From: Sedimentisphaerales bacterium
GTDB taxonomy: Bacteria; Planctomycetota; Phycisphaerae; Sedimentisphaerales; Anaerobacaceae
NCBI GenBank assembly: GCA_040772485.1
Contig: JAXGYC010000009.1
Location: forward strand, 64,001 to 128,000
Direction: 5' to 3'
Length of the DNA stretch: 64,000 nucleotides
Under the pieces are notes generated by a model. The model was given only the letters and a program-made list of their open reading frames with translations. It was not told where the DNA came from and ran no database searches. Below, piece by piece: positions 26,952 through 37,478 of this stretch. The number at the start of each line of letters is the position of its first letter. The stretch's first letter is position 1. A program made the translations under genes and the position numbers.

Positions 26952-29510
26952 TTAGCCTGCCTGCTGTTTGGCGCGGATCAGGATGCGGAAGGTCTCGCGC
27001 ATCCGCATCAGCCGCGCTTCATCGGCATGGCCCGGCGGCAGCGCATCGATCTGGTCCTCGACCCGGCTGAGTGACTGACGCAGACGCTCGTAGCTGACGT
27101 TGCCGAGGATCTCGCCGATGTCGGGCTCATTGAACACGATCCGTTCCAGCGCGATCGACGCCTCGCCCACGTACGCGGCGCCGTCGGCCACCTGGTCGAG
27201 GGCCTGCTGCGCGACCCACTTGGTCGTATTGCTCAGTGCCGCCTGGGCCACCGCCTTGTCACCGGTAGCGTACGCGTAGGAGTTGAACAGGATCTGCGTG
27301 GTCATCTCCGCCGCCGCCGTGATGGGAATGCCCGCGATGGCCAAGTCGATGACGAAGTTTACGCTGCTGCGTGCGATCGCCTCGGAGGGGGCCTCGCCCT
27401 GGTTCATGCGATCGACCGCTTCGGCGGTGGCCGCCGCGGCGCTGAGCAGCAGCAATCCCTTGTCGAGCTTGCTCATGCTGGCGAAGTGATTGTCCAGACG
27501 CTGGGCGACCTGAGTGGCTGAGCCGGAGACGAACGCATGATACGAGCGGACCACGTCGTCGCCCAGTTCGCGGCCGACGTTCCAGATCGCACTGCTGCTG
27601 CGCCACATGTTCTTGGCGTCCTTCGACATCTCCAGCAGACGGTTGAGGGCGCGAATCTGATCTCCCGTCTGGCGCGTGCCACTGCCGGTTCTTGCCAGAG
27701 CGTCGATGTACTGGCGCAGCCGGCTCGGGCTGAGCATGCCGTTTTCGAGGGCTTCCGACATCTTCACAAGCATCTGGCGAATCTCGCGCCGCCTCTTATA
27801 GAAGTCGGCACGCTTCATCTCATTGATGTCGATCTTTTGCATCGCCTCGATGAACTCGTCAATGGTGTTCGTCGCCTCGCGCATCTTGTTGGCCTCGCGG
27901 AAGGCCGACAGCCAGTCGGCGAAATCCTTCGAGTCGAGAATGCTCTGGAGGCTGAACAGCCATTCGCCGAACGTCTGCGGCTTCGGCCCGCTCAGGCCCG
28001 TGTCCCGCAGGGCGCTCCGCCAGGCGTCGCACGGATCACCGTGCACGGTCCCGTCGCGCTCGACGTGAATCTTGTCGTCGTACCAGTCACGCCGCCGCTG
28101 CTTCTCTTCGTCCGATTCGCTGAGCCCGTCGAGCTGGTCGCGGTGACGGTTGACGGTGTCGAGGTTCGGATCGCCGGTCTCGCCCGCGCCGCCGCAGGGC
28201 GTCTGGTTCAGCGCGTCCTGCAATCGACCGTCGATGTGCGCCTTCTGGTTTTTGAGGTCTTCCTCGTGGATTTCTTCGTGCTTGGCCAGGATCGCCTCCC
28301 AGTGCCGAATCTCCTCCTGCTTCCTGGCGATCCATTCGGCGCAGGCCTTCTTCCACGCGGCCAGGACTTCATGCCACCGGTTATTACCCGCGGTGTCTCC
28401 TTTGGCCTGTGCGGCGGCGATTTGCTGGCGGATGTCACGGCCGGTTCGGCGGGCGCCGGCCGCAAACACCTGCGCATCGTCTCCGGCGGCCTGGAAATCC
28501 GCCAACTCCTGCCGCCGTTGTTCGATGGCCTTCTCGATGTCGCCGTTGGTGGGGCGCGAGCCCGCGAGGGGGTTGTAGTTACTGTACGTCTTGTCGGTCC
28601 AGGCGTTGACCGTCTGGCGATATTTGTCGCTCGCCTCGGCCACGATCTTCTGCACGCCGTTGCGGTCGAGGCGTGTGCCCAACGCCGGGACGTACACCAC
28701 GAACGTCCCCGCGGCGATCCGGGCCCGCGCGTCGGCCAGCTCGTCCCGGCGCCGGGCCAGGTGATCGTCGATGCCCTGGCCGGTCAGCCGCGTGCCGATC
28801 GCGGGCAGATAGTAGGCGTATTCACGCCGCTGCGCCTTGGCCAGATCCTCCTGCTTGCTCGCGATGCTGGCGAGAACGTCCTTCCAGGTGGCCCGCCAGC
28901 CGAGCGTCTGGATATAGTGCGCCACCTCGCCAGCGCCGTAGGCGGCCATCCGCGTGGCGCGTTCCTGCGTTTGCTTGGCGACATACTCTCTCCAGCCGTT
29001 GATGTCGCTGCGCATTCCCAGTTCCTTCTTGTACCAACCGATCTTCCCGGCGGCGAGATCGGCCGCGATCTGCGCTGCGGCATCTGCGTGCGCCTTGGCG
29101 TCGCGCTCGCGGCCTGCCGCCTGTGCCTCGGCGGCCAACCGGCGCTGTTCGGCAATCCGTTTCTGCGCATCGGCCTGCGCTTCCGCGATGGCCTCGTTGC
29201 CCCATCGGATGCGGTTGCCGAAGTCCTCGTCCTCTTTGGCCTTCGCGTCGTCGAAGACCTTCCTGGACTCCTGCCGCAAGCGAATCTGTTCCTGGATCGA
29301 CGCGATATTCTCGGCGTTCTGCTTCTCGTACTGCCGGGCCGCCTCCTCGGCCGCCGCCAACTGGTCCAGGAACGGCTTGAGCACCCGCTCCGTCGTCTCC
29401 TGGCAGCTCTTCGGCAGGTCCTCCGCCACGGCGCGTGACGCTGTCACGCAGGCCAGCAACGCACAAATTCCCCAGGAGAACATCGAGGTGAAGAACGATC
29501 GCGGTTTCAT
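26952..29510 (-). CDS. Large secreted helical hypothetical protein with internal repeats
   Basis: 852-aa ORF, signal peptide, coiled-coil composition, YxxxLGxR repeats. Confidence 0.75.
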   Translation of the reverse strand: MKPRSFFTSMFSWGICALLACVTASRAVAEDLPKSCQETTERVLKPFLDQLAAAEEAARQYEKQNAENIASIQEQIRLRQESRKVFDDAKAKEDEDFGNRIRWGNEAIAEAQADAQKRIAEQRRLAAEAQAAGRERDAKAHADAAAQIAADLAAGKIGWYKKELGMRSDINGWREYVAKQTQERATRMAAYGAGEVAHYIQTLGWRATWKDVLASIASKQEDLAKAQRREYAYYLPAIGTRLTGQGIDDHLARRRDELADARARIAAGTFVVYVPALGTRLDRNGVQKIVAEASDKYRQTVNAWTDKTYSNYNPLAGSRPTNGDIEKAIEQRRQELADFQAAGDDAQVFAAGARRTGRDIRQQIAAAQAKGDTAGNNRWHEVLAAWKKACAEWIARKQEEIRHWEAILAKHEEIHEEDLKNQKAHIDGRLQDALNQTPCGGAGETGDPNLDTVNRHRDQLDGLSESDEEKQRRRDWYDDKIHVERDGTVHGDPCDAWRSALRDTGLSGPKPQTFGEWLFSLQSILDSKDFADWLSAFREANKMREATNTIDEFIEAMQKIDINEMKRADFYKRRREIRQMLVKMSEALENGMLSPSRLRQYIDALARTGSGTRQTGDQIRALNRLLEMSKDAKNMWRSSSAIWNVGRELGDDVVRSYHAFVSGSATQVAQRLDNHFASMSKLDKGLLLLSAAAATAEAVDRMNQGEAPSEAIARSSVNFVIDLAIAGIPITAAAEMTTQILFNSYAYATGDKAVAQAALSNTTKWVAQQALDQVADGAAYVGEASIALERIVFNEPDIGEILGNVSYERLRQSLSRVEDQIDALPPGHADEARLMRMRETFRILIRAKQQAG

Positions 29511-29983
29511 CGGCAGGCCCCTTCAGCTTTGCGCCCAAGTCTACGTCGCGACCCGACAGGAGCCGGGCCGTCCACACGGCCCTATCCTAACATAATAGGC
29601 CCGTTCGATCAACAAATAAGCCATGTCGTCGGCCGTCGGAAGCGGGTGGCAGCGGCAATCCTTGCGCGCCGGGACTGGGGATGGCGGTTCGTAGTGTGCC
29701 CGTAAGGGCATAACGCCTGACGGTGTCACTACGAACAGCGAGGTCTCTTAGGTCCTTTCGGTCCCTTTGGTCTTCTGGAGCCCGAGAAGGACCAAAGGGA
29801 CCGAAAGGACCAAAAGGACTGTATACCTTTGCCGCGAGGCGTTAGCCGTTTGTAGTGTGCCCGTGAGGGCATACGTTCCATAGAATGCGTAACGCCTTAC
29901 GGCGTCACTACAAACCTACGCCCCTTCGGCAAGCTCAGGGCCTGCCCTGAACGCAGTTGAAGGGGCAGGCTCTTACGGGCATG

Positions 29984-30766
29984 CTACGAACGGTGGCTCC
30001 AGGCGTTGCGGATCTTTGTGCCCAGCGGGTCGGACGCGAGGTGGGCCGAGTAGCTGTCTATGAGGGTTTCCCAGTCCCCCTCGCGGCGCTTCCAGTGACG
30101 ATACAACTGATCCAGGTCGTGGATCGCCAGTCGGGACAAGGGAAAGTAGGGCCGCATCTTCTCCAGATCGATCACCGCCGCATCGAACCGGTGCGTCCCG
30201 TTGCCGTTCGAGCCGCCGGCGTTCTCCGCCCGCACGAAAATGTGCTTGGCGTGCAGGCAACTGTGCCGAAGGTAATGGCTGTGCATCTGGCTGAGCGTCT
30301 GAGCGACGGAGGCGAGCAGCGCTCTGCGGGCATCGAGGTTGTCCTGCCCGATCGCGGCCAGGCTGTCCTCCAGCGGCTGATACCCCTCCAGCGATCGCGT
30401 CACGAGAATCGCCTGCCAATGCCGGCCGACGTTGCGATGCCCATAGAAGAGCAGATCGGGGCAGGGGACTCCGTGCTTCTTCATCCGACAGATGTTTTCG
30501 TACTCCCTGTAGACCGTGGGAAGGCCTCGGACCGGATGGAGCAGGGTGCGGAAGTTGTGGTTCTGCTGACGCTTGATGAAGACCGCCAGCGTGCCTCCCT
30601 CCGGCTGTTTGAGGATATGGCGCGAGACACCGCTCCAGCCGTTCCGGCGGCGATTCGGTTCCTCGAACCAACTCAGATCGGCGTTCCAGAGCGATTCAAA
30701 ATCGTCGAGGCCGTTGTATGCCAGAAGTTTCCGATCCGATTCGGAAACGATGCAGTGGATGCTCAA
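29984..30766 (-). CDS. inaA: InaA-family lipopolysaccharide kinase
   Basis: WFEEPNRRRNGWSGV, IKRQQNH, REYENI, HSCLHAKHIFV, IDLEK. Confidence 0.88.
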   Translation of the reverse strand: MSIHCIVSESDRKLLAYNGLDDFESLWNADLSWFEEPNRRRNGWSGVSRHILKQPEGGTLAVFIKRQQNHNFRTLLHPVRGLPTVYREYENICRMKKHGVPCPDLLFYGHRNVGRHWQAILVTRSLEGYQPLEDSLAAIGQDNLDARRALLASVAQTLSQMHSHYLRHSCLHAKHIFVRAENAGGSNGNGTHRFDAAVIDLEKMRPYFPLSRLAIHDLDQLYRHWKRREGDWETLIDSYSAHLASDPLGTKIRNAWSHRS

Positions 30767-30769
30767 AAC

Positions 30770-31453
30770 TCACTCCTTGCGCAGGATGTAGACTCGCCAC
30801 ATGGAATAGAATCTCAGGAAGTCAAGGTGGCCGACGATCCGGAACCCCGCCTGGCGAAACTCCGATTCGATGCGCTGGCGTTCCACCACGCCGCGATTCT
30901 GGAGTTCGGCCTTCGATCGGGTCGCCTCCAACTTCTTTCGCCGGTAGGCCCTGTAGTTGCCGTCCACCCACAGGGAGACGCAGACTGTATCGCGGGTCAC
31001 CCGGTGGAATTCCCTCAGCATCGCCAGCCGGTGGGCCGGTTCGAGAATGTGATGGAGCAGCCGCATGCAGAAGATGTTGTCCACCGAAGCATCGTCGAGC
31101 CCGGTTTCGAAGGCGGAGCACTGAAAGCACTCCACGCGATCGACCAGCTCTTTGGGCTGCATCCGGCGGGCCACCTGAAGCATCTCCTCGCTACTGTCGG
31201 CGGCCAGAATCCGGCGTCCCGACTTGGCCGCCAGCAGAGGCCAGAACCGCCCGGCGCCGCAAGGCAGATCGAGCACGACGTTGGGATCGCCCGCCATCGC
31301 CAGCGCCCGGCGGGCCATCGCCAGCTCCCGCCATGTCGTCAATCGCCGGGCCAGACCCGCCCGGTGCTTCCGGAAGTAGTGTTCCGCGTGGTCGCGATCG
31401 TATTTGTCCGAGAACTCCAGGCGTATAGCCTGGTCGCCGCGCGAATTCTTCAT
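30770..31453 (-). CDS. Class I SAM-dependent methyltransferase (copy 1)
   Basis: VLDLPCGAGRFW, FCMRLLHH, REFHRV. Confidence 0.92.
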   Translation of the reverse strand: MKNSRGDQAIRLEFSDKYDRDHAEHYFRKHRAGLARRLTTWRELAMARRALAMAGDPNVVLDLPCGAGRFWPLLAAKSGRRILAADSSEEMLQVARRMQPKELVDRVECFQCSAFETGLDDASVDNIFCMRLLHHILEPAHRLAMLREFHRVTRDTVCVSLWVDGNYRAYRRKKLEATRSKAELQNRGVVERQRIESEFRQAGFRIVGHLDFLRFYSMWRVYILRKE

Positions 31454-31598
31454 GGAAGATACGTCCTGTTGCCTTCTGCAAGCTGCCTGCGAGCACCGTT
31501 TTTCGGAACGCCGAGTCCGACGAGCCCGGTTCGTGGGCGCATCTTGACGGTTATCGTTCGCACCGTCAACGGTTTCTTCGCAGCTCGGCCTTTGTTTC

Positions 31599-32282
31599 CT
31601 ACCCCTTGCGCAGGACGTAGACTCGCCACATGGAGTAGAACCTCAGGAAATCGAAGTGGCCGAGGATTTGGAATCCTGCCTGAAGGAACTCCGCCTCGAC
31701 CGTCCGCCGATTCGTGACGTAACGGCTGTGGCGACTCCCCTGCGGTCGGCGGGCCTCCACCTTCGCTCTCCGATGTGCCATATAATTCCCGTCCACCCAC
31801 AGGGAGATGCAGACCGTATCCCGGGTCACCCGGTGGAATTCCCTCAACATCGCCAGCCTCTGGGGCGGTTCGGGGATGTGGTGAAGCAGACGCATGCAGA
31901 AGACGCAGTCGACCGAAGCGTCATCGAGTCGCGTCTCGAAAGCGGAGCACTGGAAGCACTCCACGCGTTCGACCAGCTCCCTGGGCTGCATCTGGCGGGC
32001 TACACGCAGCATGTCTTCGTTGGCATCCGCGGCGAGAATCCTGCGTCCCGGCTTCTCTGCCAGCAAGGGCCAGAACCGCCCGGCCCCGCAGGGCAGATCG
32101 AGCACGAGGTCGGGATCGCCCGCCAGCGCCAATGCCCGGCGGGCCATCGCCAGCTCGCGCCACGTCGTCAGCCTGTGGAAGAAGCCCGTCCGATGCTTGG
32201 TGAAGTACTGGTCCGCGCGGTCGCCGCCGTATCGTTCCGAAAGCTCTGTGCCTGTGGCCTGGGCTAATTCCGAGTCTCTCAT
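31599..32282 (-). CDS. Class I SAM-dependent methyltransferase (tandem paralog, copy 2)
   Basis: Same 227-aa length and largely identical sequence to 30770-31453. Confidence 0.92.
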   Translation of the reverse strand: MRDSELAQATGTELSERYGGDRADQYFTKHRTGFFHRLTTWRELAMARRALALAGDPDLVLDLPCGAGRFWPLLAEKPGRRILAADANEDMLRVARQMQPRELVERVECFQCSAFETRLDDASVDCVFCMRLLHHIPEPPQRLAMLREFHRVTRDTVCISLWVDGNYMAHRRAKVEARRPQGSRHSRYVTNRRTVEAEFLQAGFQILGHFDFLRFYSMWRVYVLRKG

Positions 32283-32369
32283 GTGCTACCCAGCCCTTCC
32301 ATCCTGCTTGCCCGCTCCGGGACTGTTCGACGACAGAACATCTCCTCCATACGCCCAGTCCTGTGAGCC

Positions 32370-32401
32370 AGAATACTCACCGAACATGAAGCGAAGATGA
32401 A
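32370..32401 (-). promoter_or_regulatory. Putative OmpR/PhoB-family direct-repeat box and -10 element
   Basis: TTCAT-N6-TTCAT, 10 nt, then TATTCT, upstream of the methyltransferase-inaA operon. Confidence 0.5.
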
Positions 32402-32671
32402 ATGGCCGGCCCAATCCGAGAAGAAATCGCCAAGTCCCTTCATCGGTTCTCCTTGCTCGCCAGACCTGTCAGTTCTCGCACCGGGCGCGACCACCCGCCA
32501 AGCAGATACGGGTCAGATCGAGTTCTTTGATTCCATGACTTCACGTTCTTTTAAGCTCGCGGAGGTTAAAAGGAGGTGGGCATTGCTGGAGATTCGCTGA
32601 CCGCCATGCCTTGTCTATCTGCCTCGCGAGTGGGGGGCAAGGGCTCGCTGTACGAATTCTTGGAGAGTCAA

Positions 32672-33559
32672 ATGCAGAAAGTTATAGTGGGAAACGTCGG
32701 ATCATGGAGAAGGGGATCTTTCGTGATCGAATCCGGAGATGCGCTTCGAATCCGGACGGTATCCTCCGGGGCAGTGAACTCGGCCGTCGAAACGAAGGAT
32801 CGCTTCGCCAGCACAGTGGCAGCGCAGAAGTACGTCAGGGCACTGGATGGAACGGCCATGCACCGGCGGGAAGAACGATGTATTCGCAAGGCTCTGGCCG
32901 GATTGGGTGCCGGGGCACGCGTGCTCGATATTCCCAGCGGCACCAGTCGCCTGCTGCCGTTGCTGAGGGAAATGAGGTTTCAGGTGGTTGAGGCCGACTC
33001 TTCCCCCCATATGATCGAGCAGGGTCGACATTACGCGGAGAGGCGGGGCCTGCGCAACGGGACTGAGTTTCGCGTCGAGGACGCGCTCGCCACACGTTTT
33101 GCAGACGACACGTTTGACGCGCTGCTCTGTAACCGGTTGTTCCACCACTTCCGCGAAGCGGAGGTTCGCCGGCGTTGCCTTCGCGAACTGCGGCGCATCT
33201 GCCGCGGTCCGCTCATCGTTTCCTTCTTCTGCAGCTTCTCCTTTGATGCGGTCTCTTTTCGCCTGCGCCACTGGCTGCGCCGCAAGGTCGCCATGGACCG
33301 CATCCCCATACCTCTTCGCACGTTTGTCGCGGATGCGGCGGCCGCACGGCTGAGAGTGACCCGGATAAGGATGGTGTGCCCGGGGATATCGAGGCAGTGG
33401 TACGCCCGGCTGGAACGGACGGAGGACGGCCAGGACGGCAGTAGCGTCTTGGAGAGTCCTCGTGTGGCAGACTCATCCCCCGGGCCAGGCACACGAGCAG
33501 GTGACAACCGGCCGGAGGCGTGGAGATGGTTGCGGGGGCCTGCCGGACAGGTAGAATAG
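32672..33559 (+). CDS. Class I SAM-dependent methyltransferase (divergent third homolog)
   Basis: VLDIPSGTSR, LCNRLFHHF, LRELRRI. Confidence 0.85.
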   Translation: MQKVIVGNVGSWRRGSFVIESGDALRIRTVSSGAVNSAVETKDRFASTVAAQKYVRALDGTAMHRREERCIRKALAGLGAGARVLDIPSGTSRLLPLLREMRFQVVEADSSPHMIEQGRHYAERRGLRNGTEFRVEDALATRFADDTFDALLCNRLFHHFREAEVRRRCLRELRRICRGPLIVSFFCSFSFDAVSFRLRHWLRRKVAMDRIPIPLRTFVADAAAARLRVTRIRMVCPGISRQWYARLERTEDGQDGSSVLESPRVADSSPGPGTRAGDNRPEAWRWLRGPAGQVE

Positions 33560-33635
33560 GGGCGTCCGGATCGTGGGGCAGTGAAGTCTTTGTCAGGAGA
33601 CGCGGCGGTAGACGCGCCAAACCGGTGAGCCGACG

Positions 33636-34316
33636 ATGAAAGTATTGATCGTTGAAGACGAGGTTCGACTCGCCCGCAACATTGCCAAGGTGCTCCGCGA
33701 GACGACGCTGTACGCCGTCGATATCGCCACCGACGGAGAGGACGGCCTGCACCAGGGCCTTTCGAACTCGTACGACCTGATCGTGCTCGATCTGATGTTG
33801 CCGAAGGTCGACGGGCTGGAAATCCTCCGACGCCTGCGCCGCGAGGGCCGTCGCGTCCCCGTGCTCATCCTGACGGCCAGAGACACCACACAGGACATCA
33901 TCCGGGGCCTCGACGCCGGCAGCGACGATTACCTGACCAAACCCTTCGACATGGGCGAGTTCCTGGCCCGGTGCAAGGCGCTGGTGCGCCGGACCTATGA
34001 TCGCCCCGATCCGGTGATCCACATCGGCGAGCTGTCGGTCGACACGGCCGGTCGCATCGTCACCCTCCGTGGACAGCGCATCGAGCTGCGCGCGATGGAG
34101 TATCGACTCCTCGAGTACCTGGCGCTGCGCGCCGGTCAGGTGGTCAGCCGGACCGAAATCCTCGAACATCTCTACGACTTCAACGCCGAGACCTTCTCCA
34201 ACGTCATCGAGGTGTACATCTCCGCCCTGCGAAGAAAGCTGGAGGCGGGTTCCCCGTACGCCTTGATTCGAACGGTCCGAGGCCAGGGGTACGTGATCGG
34301 GGAGGGACCGGCATGA
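33636..34316 (+). CDS. OmpR-family response regulator
   Basis: VLIVEDE, LDLMLP, DDYLTKPF, IRTVRGQGY. Confidence 0.96.
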   Translation: MKVLIVEDEVRLARNIAKVLRETTLYAVDIATDGEDGLHQGLSNSYDLIVLDLMLPKVDGLEILRRLRREGRRVPVLILTARDTTQDIIRGLDAGSDDYLTKPFDMGEFLARCKALVRRTYDRPDPVIHIGELSVDTAGRIVTLRGQRIELRAMEYRLLEYLALRAGQVVSRTEILEHLYDFNAETFSNVIEVYISALRRKLEAGSPYALIRTVRGQGYVIGEGPA

Positions 34317-35737
34317 GGCCCCTGTCGATCCGGTTGCAGTTGTCCCTGATGATGTCCCTGCTGACCCTGATCATCATCGCGGTGTTGTCCACGGCGGCGT
34401 ACATCGAGTTCAAGGAGTCCCTGCTGAGGAACATCGACACGACACTGACAGCAATGGCGCAGGGAATTCGGGCGGAACTCGACGAAGAGGACACCGGAGA
34501 GCGCCGGGAAGCCGAACTGCGAGCGATTACGGGAAGCGACACATCCAGACGTCACGGTCGGTATCGGGTCTGGGTGGACGGCGGTGACGAAGACCTGTTC
34601 CGCAGCGATCCGCCCGACGAGCCGCTCATGCAGCAGTTGCTCCGTCTTCCGCCCGCCGAACAGCCGGACGTGGGATCGTTACAGCTATTCAACGTCGCCG
34701 AGGGGACGGGGTTGGGCGCGTTCCGCGTGATCTGGATGCGCTATCGCATCGGGCCGGAAGTCATGAACATCCTGGTGGCTCGCTCCAGCGCGCACGTGTA
34801 TCACGAGGTGGGGGAGTTCCTTCGTCTTCTACTGGCGCTGGGTGGTTCCGTCACGCTACTGGCCGTTCTGCTCGTGCGGACGATTGTCTCGTGGGGATTG
34901 CGCCCGATTGCCCATGCGGGCCGGCGACTGGAGCAGATCACGCATCGCAGTCTCGGTGACGAGGTGCAGGTGATGGGCGAGGTTCCCGCCGAGCTGCGTC
35001 CCTTCAAGTCTGCTCTGGAGAGAATGCTGCTGCGTCTGAACAAGACCCTGCAGCAGCAGGAGCAGCTCACCGCCGACGTGGCGCACGAACTGCGGACACC
35101 TTTGGCAATCATGAAAAGCACCCTTCAGGCCCTGCGGATGCAGCCGCGCAAGGCGTCCGAATACGAAGAGGGAGTGGACGATGCGCTGCTGGACGTCAGT
35201 CGGATGGAGCAACTGGTCGGACAGCTCCTGACCTTGGCGCGTCTGGATGCGGCGGATGAGCTGCCCGATCCGGCCGAAGTCCGCCTGGACGTTCTGTTGA
35301 GGTCCCTGGCGGAGGCCTTCGGCGATCCGGCCGCTCGGCAGGGGGCGACCGTCACGTGGACCGACGGCCCGGCTTCCTCCGTCCGAGGCAACGAGACGGA
35401 ACTGCGACAGCTCTTCAGCAATCTGATCGACAACGCGCTGCGGCACGGTCCGCGCACCGGAGACGTGCGGATCACGCTGGAAGATGGGCCGGGTCCGCAG
35501 GTCACGGTCTGCGTGCACGACGAGGGCGGCGGCATCCCGCCCCAGAAGCTGCCGTATGTGTTCGACCGTCTCTATCGCGTGGATCCCTCACGATCGCAGA
35601 CGGGCGGCGGGGCGGGACTGGGCCTGGCCATCGCGCGCCAGATCGTGCTACGACACCACGGGACGATCGTCATCACCTCCAATCCGCAGATCGGCACCTC
35701 CGTCACCGTCCAATTGCCTCGGGACGAACGCGCGTGA
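34313..35737 (+). CDS. Sensor histidine kinase (2 TM, HAMP, HisKA, HATPase)
   Basis: AHELRTPL, NLIDNA, DEGGGI, GAGLGLAI. Confidence 0.96.
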   Translation: MRPLSIRLQLSLMMSLLTLIIIAVLSTAAYIEFKESLLRNIDTTLTAMAQGIRAELDEEDTGERREAELRAITGSDTSRRHGRYRVWVDGGDEDLFRSDPPDEPLMQQLLRLPPAEQPDVGSLQLFNVAEGTGLGAFRVIWMRYRIGPEVMNILVARSSAHVYHEVGEFLRLLLALGGSVTLLAVLLVRTIVSWGLRPIAHAGRRLEQITHRSLGDEVQVMGEVPAELRPFKSALERMLLRLNKTLQQQEQLTADVAHELRTPLAIMKSTLQALRMQPRKASEYEEGVDDALLDVSRMEQLVGQLLTLARLDAADELPDPAEVRLDVLLRSLAEAFGDPAARQGATVTWTDGPASSVRGNETELRQLFSNLIDNALRHGPRTGDVRITLEDGPGPQVTVCVHDEGGGIPPQKLPYVFDRLYRVDPSRSQTGGGAGLGLAIARQIVLRHHGTIVITSNPQIGTSVTVQLPRDERA

Positions 35738-35774
35738 ATGCGGCCCTGCCGGGCCTGCCTCAGAGGAGGCGGTC

Positions 35775-36398
35775 CTACGGGCCGGCGGCCCGGACCATGG
35801 CGGCGAAATACTCGATGCGTCCGGTCTTGAAAAGCTGGTACCAGGCGTCGAGGACCGCCGGACGATACAGATCGAGGCGGCGGAAGATGTGCAGCGCGAA
35901 CTCCAGCGGCGCCAGACCCGAGGCGGTGATGACGTCACGATCCGTCACCGCGGGCGCCTCCCCATAGAGCGCGGCGCCGCGGTATTTCGTCGCCGCCAGG
36001 TAGTCCCGCGCGTTGCTCGTGTGCCGACGGTCGTCCAGCAGGCCCCCGCGCGCCAGCGCCGCCGTCGCGCCGCAGATGGCCGCGACGGGCACGCCCGCCT
36101 CCAGAAACGCGCGGGCCAGTTCCACCGCTTCGGTGTGCTTGCCCTGGTCCCAGGCGACGCCGCCCGGCAGGATGAGCATCGCGCTGTCGGCGGGACGAAT
36201 TGCGTCGAGCGTCAGGTCGGGCACGATTCGAATCCCGCCCATCGTCACCACGCTGCCCTCTTGCGGCGCGACGGTGCGAACGCGATACCGGCCCGGCTGC
36301 TGCTGGAACTGCGGATCGCTGATCCCCGCGACCGCATAAGCCGCCTCCCAGTCGGACAGACCGTCGAACACAAACACGTGCACATCCCGCGGTTCCAT
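35775..36398 (-). CDS. DJ-1/PfpI family protein
   Basis: SDWEAAY, LILPGG, AAICGAT, HTSN, ITASG. Confidence 0.9.
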   Translation of the reverse strand: MEPRDVHVFVFDGLSDWEAAYAVAGISDPQFQQQPGRYRVRTVAPQEGSVVTMGGIRIVPDLTLDAIRPADSAMLILPGGVAWDQGKHTEAVELARAFLEAGVPVAAICGATAALARGGLLDDRRHTSNARDYLAATKYRGAALYGEAPAVTDRDVITASGLAPLEFALHIFRRLDLYRPAVLDAWYQLFKTGRIEYFAAMVRAAGP

Positions 36399-36514
36399 AT
36401 CTTATCCTTCTATCGGATCGATCTCGGCATCGACGGTGTTCTGAGATGTGTGCGCCAAGCCCGCCAACCATCCCCAAGCTTCGCTTGAGGCTGCCACCCA
36501 GCCGTAGGGGCGAA

Positions 36515-37420
36515 TCATGATTCGCCCTGCCGTGGCGCGTGACGAACGTGCCGGACGATGTTCTGGACGGTGTCGATCCAGATCCCGTTGTTCGGGTCGT
36601 GGGCGTATTGGCAGATGGCTTCGAGCGTGTCGATCCGCGTGGTCTGGCGTCCGCCCTCGGCGATCTCGTGGCCGGCGAAGACCAGCCACGAGCCGTTTTC
36701 GACGGCGGTGTCGATGAGCTTCTTCGCGGCGGCAAAGTCGCGTCCGTCCAGCTCGATGCCGAGCAGTTGGGCCGGGTCGCAGAGCGCCGGGTCGTTGGCC
36801 GCCTCGTCCATCCAGCCGCGTCCGGCCTGGAACATCCGCGCCACCAGCGGCACGTAGCTGCGCAGATGCGTCCCGCGCCCGACGAACTTCTGGCCGCACG
36901 GATAGGCGAAGGTGGCCGGCCGCACGCCCACCGCCGACGCAATGACGCGGTTCGCCTCCTCCAGCTCCCGCTCCATCTGGCGCAGCGTGTAGTCCTCCAG
37001 CGCCTTGTCCCGCGCGAAGGAGAAGTTGCCGGTGCAGGGGTGACGCATTGAGTGATTGCCGATCTCGTGACCGTTGGCCAGCGCCTGCTTCCACGCGGGC
37101 AGGTGGGCCTGGAACGGACCGGGTGACACGTAGAACGTCGCCTTGACGTCGCAGCGGTCGAGCAGCGGCAGACCCACCTGCGCCTGGCTGACGCGCGCAT
37201 CGTCGAACGTCAGGCTCAGCGCCGCCCGCTTACCCTCCGGCCAGACGAACGCGGCGCGCTGCCTGGCGGGCGTGCCATAGGGATCGCCCCCCACGCCGTC
37301 CGTCTTGGAGTTCTCCCTTGCGCACCCGCCGCCGATCGCCGGCAGCAAGCCCGCCGCCACCGTCATTCGAATGGTATCCCGCCGCGTGATGCAACCGCGC
37401 CGACTCGCATCTCGATCCAT
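36515..37420 (-). CDS. Polysaccharide deacetylase, Tat-type signal
   Basis: TRRDTI; SLTFDD, HEIGNHSMRHP, FAYPCG. Confidence 0.88.
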   Translation of the reverse strand: MDRDASRRGCITRRDTIRMTVAAGLLPAIGGGCARENSKTDGVGGDPYGTPARQRAAFVWPEGKRAALSLTFDDARVSQAQVGLPLLDRCDVKATFYVSPGPFQAHLPAWKQALANGHEIGNHSMRHPCTGNFSFARDKALEDYTLRQMERELEEANRVIASAVGVRPATFAYPCGQKFVGRGTHLRSYVPLVARMFQAGRGWMDEAANDPALCDPAQLLGIELDGRDFAAAKKLIDTAVENGSWLVFAGHEIAEGGRQTTRIDTLEAICQYAHDPNNGIWIDTVQNIVRHVRHAPRQGES

Positions 37421-37478
37421 CGTTCACCTCATCGCACTCTCATCTCTCGCGTGGTCCGTTTCGCAAGAGCCACGTCCC

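Noticed and set aside
29687..29970. Possible CRISPR array
   Set aside because: Repeats are inverted, irregularly spaced and dispersed; no unique spacer series and no cas genes
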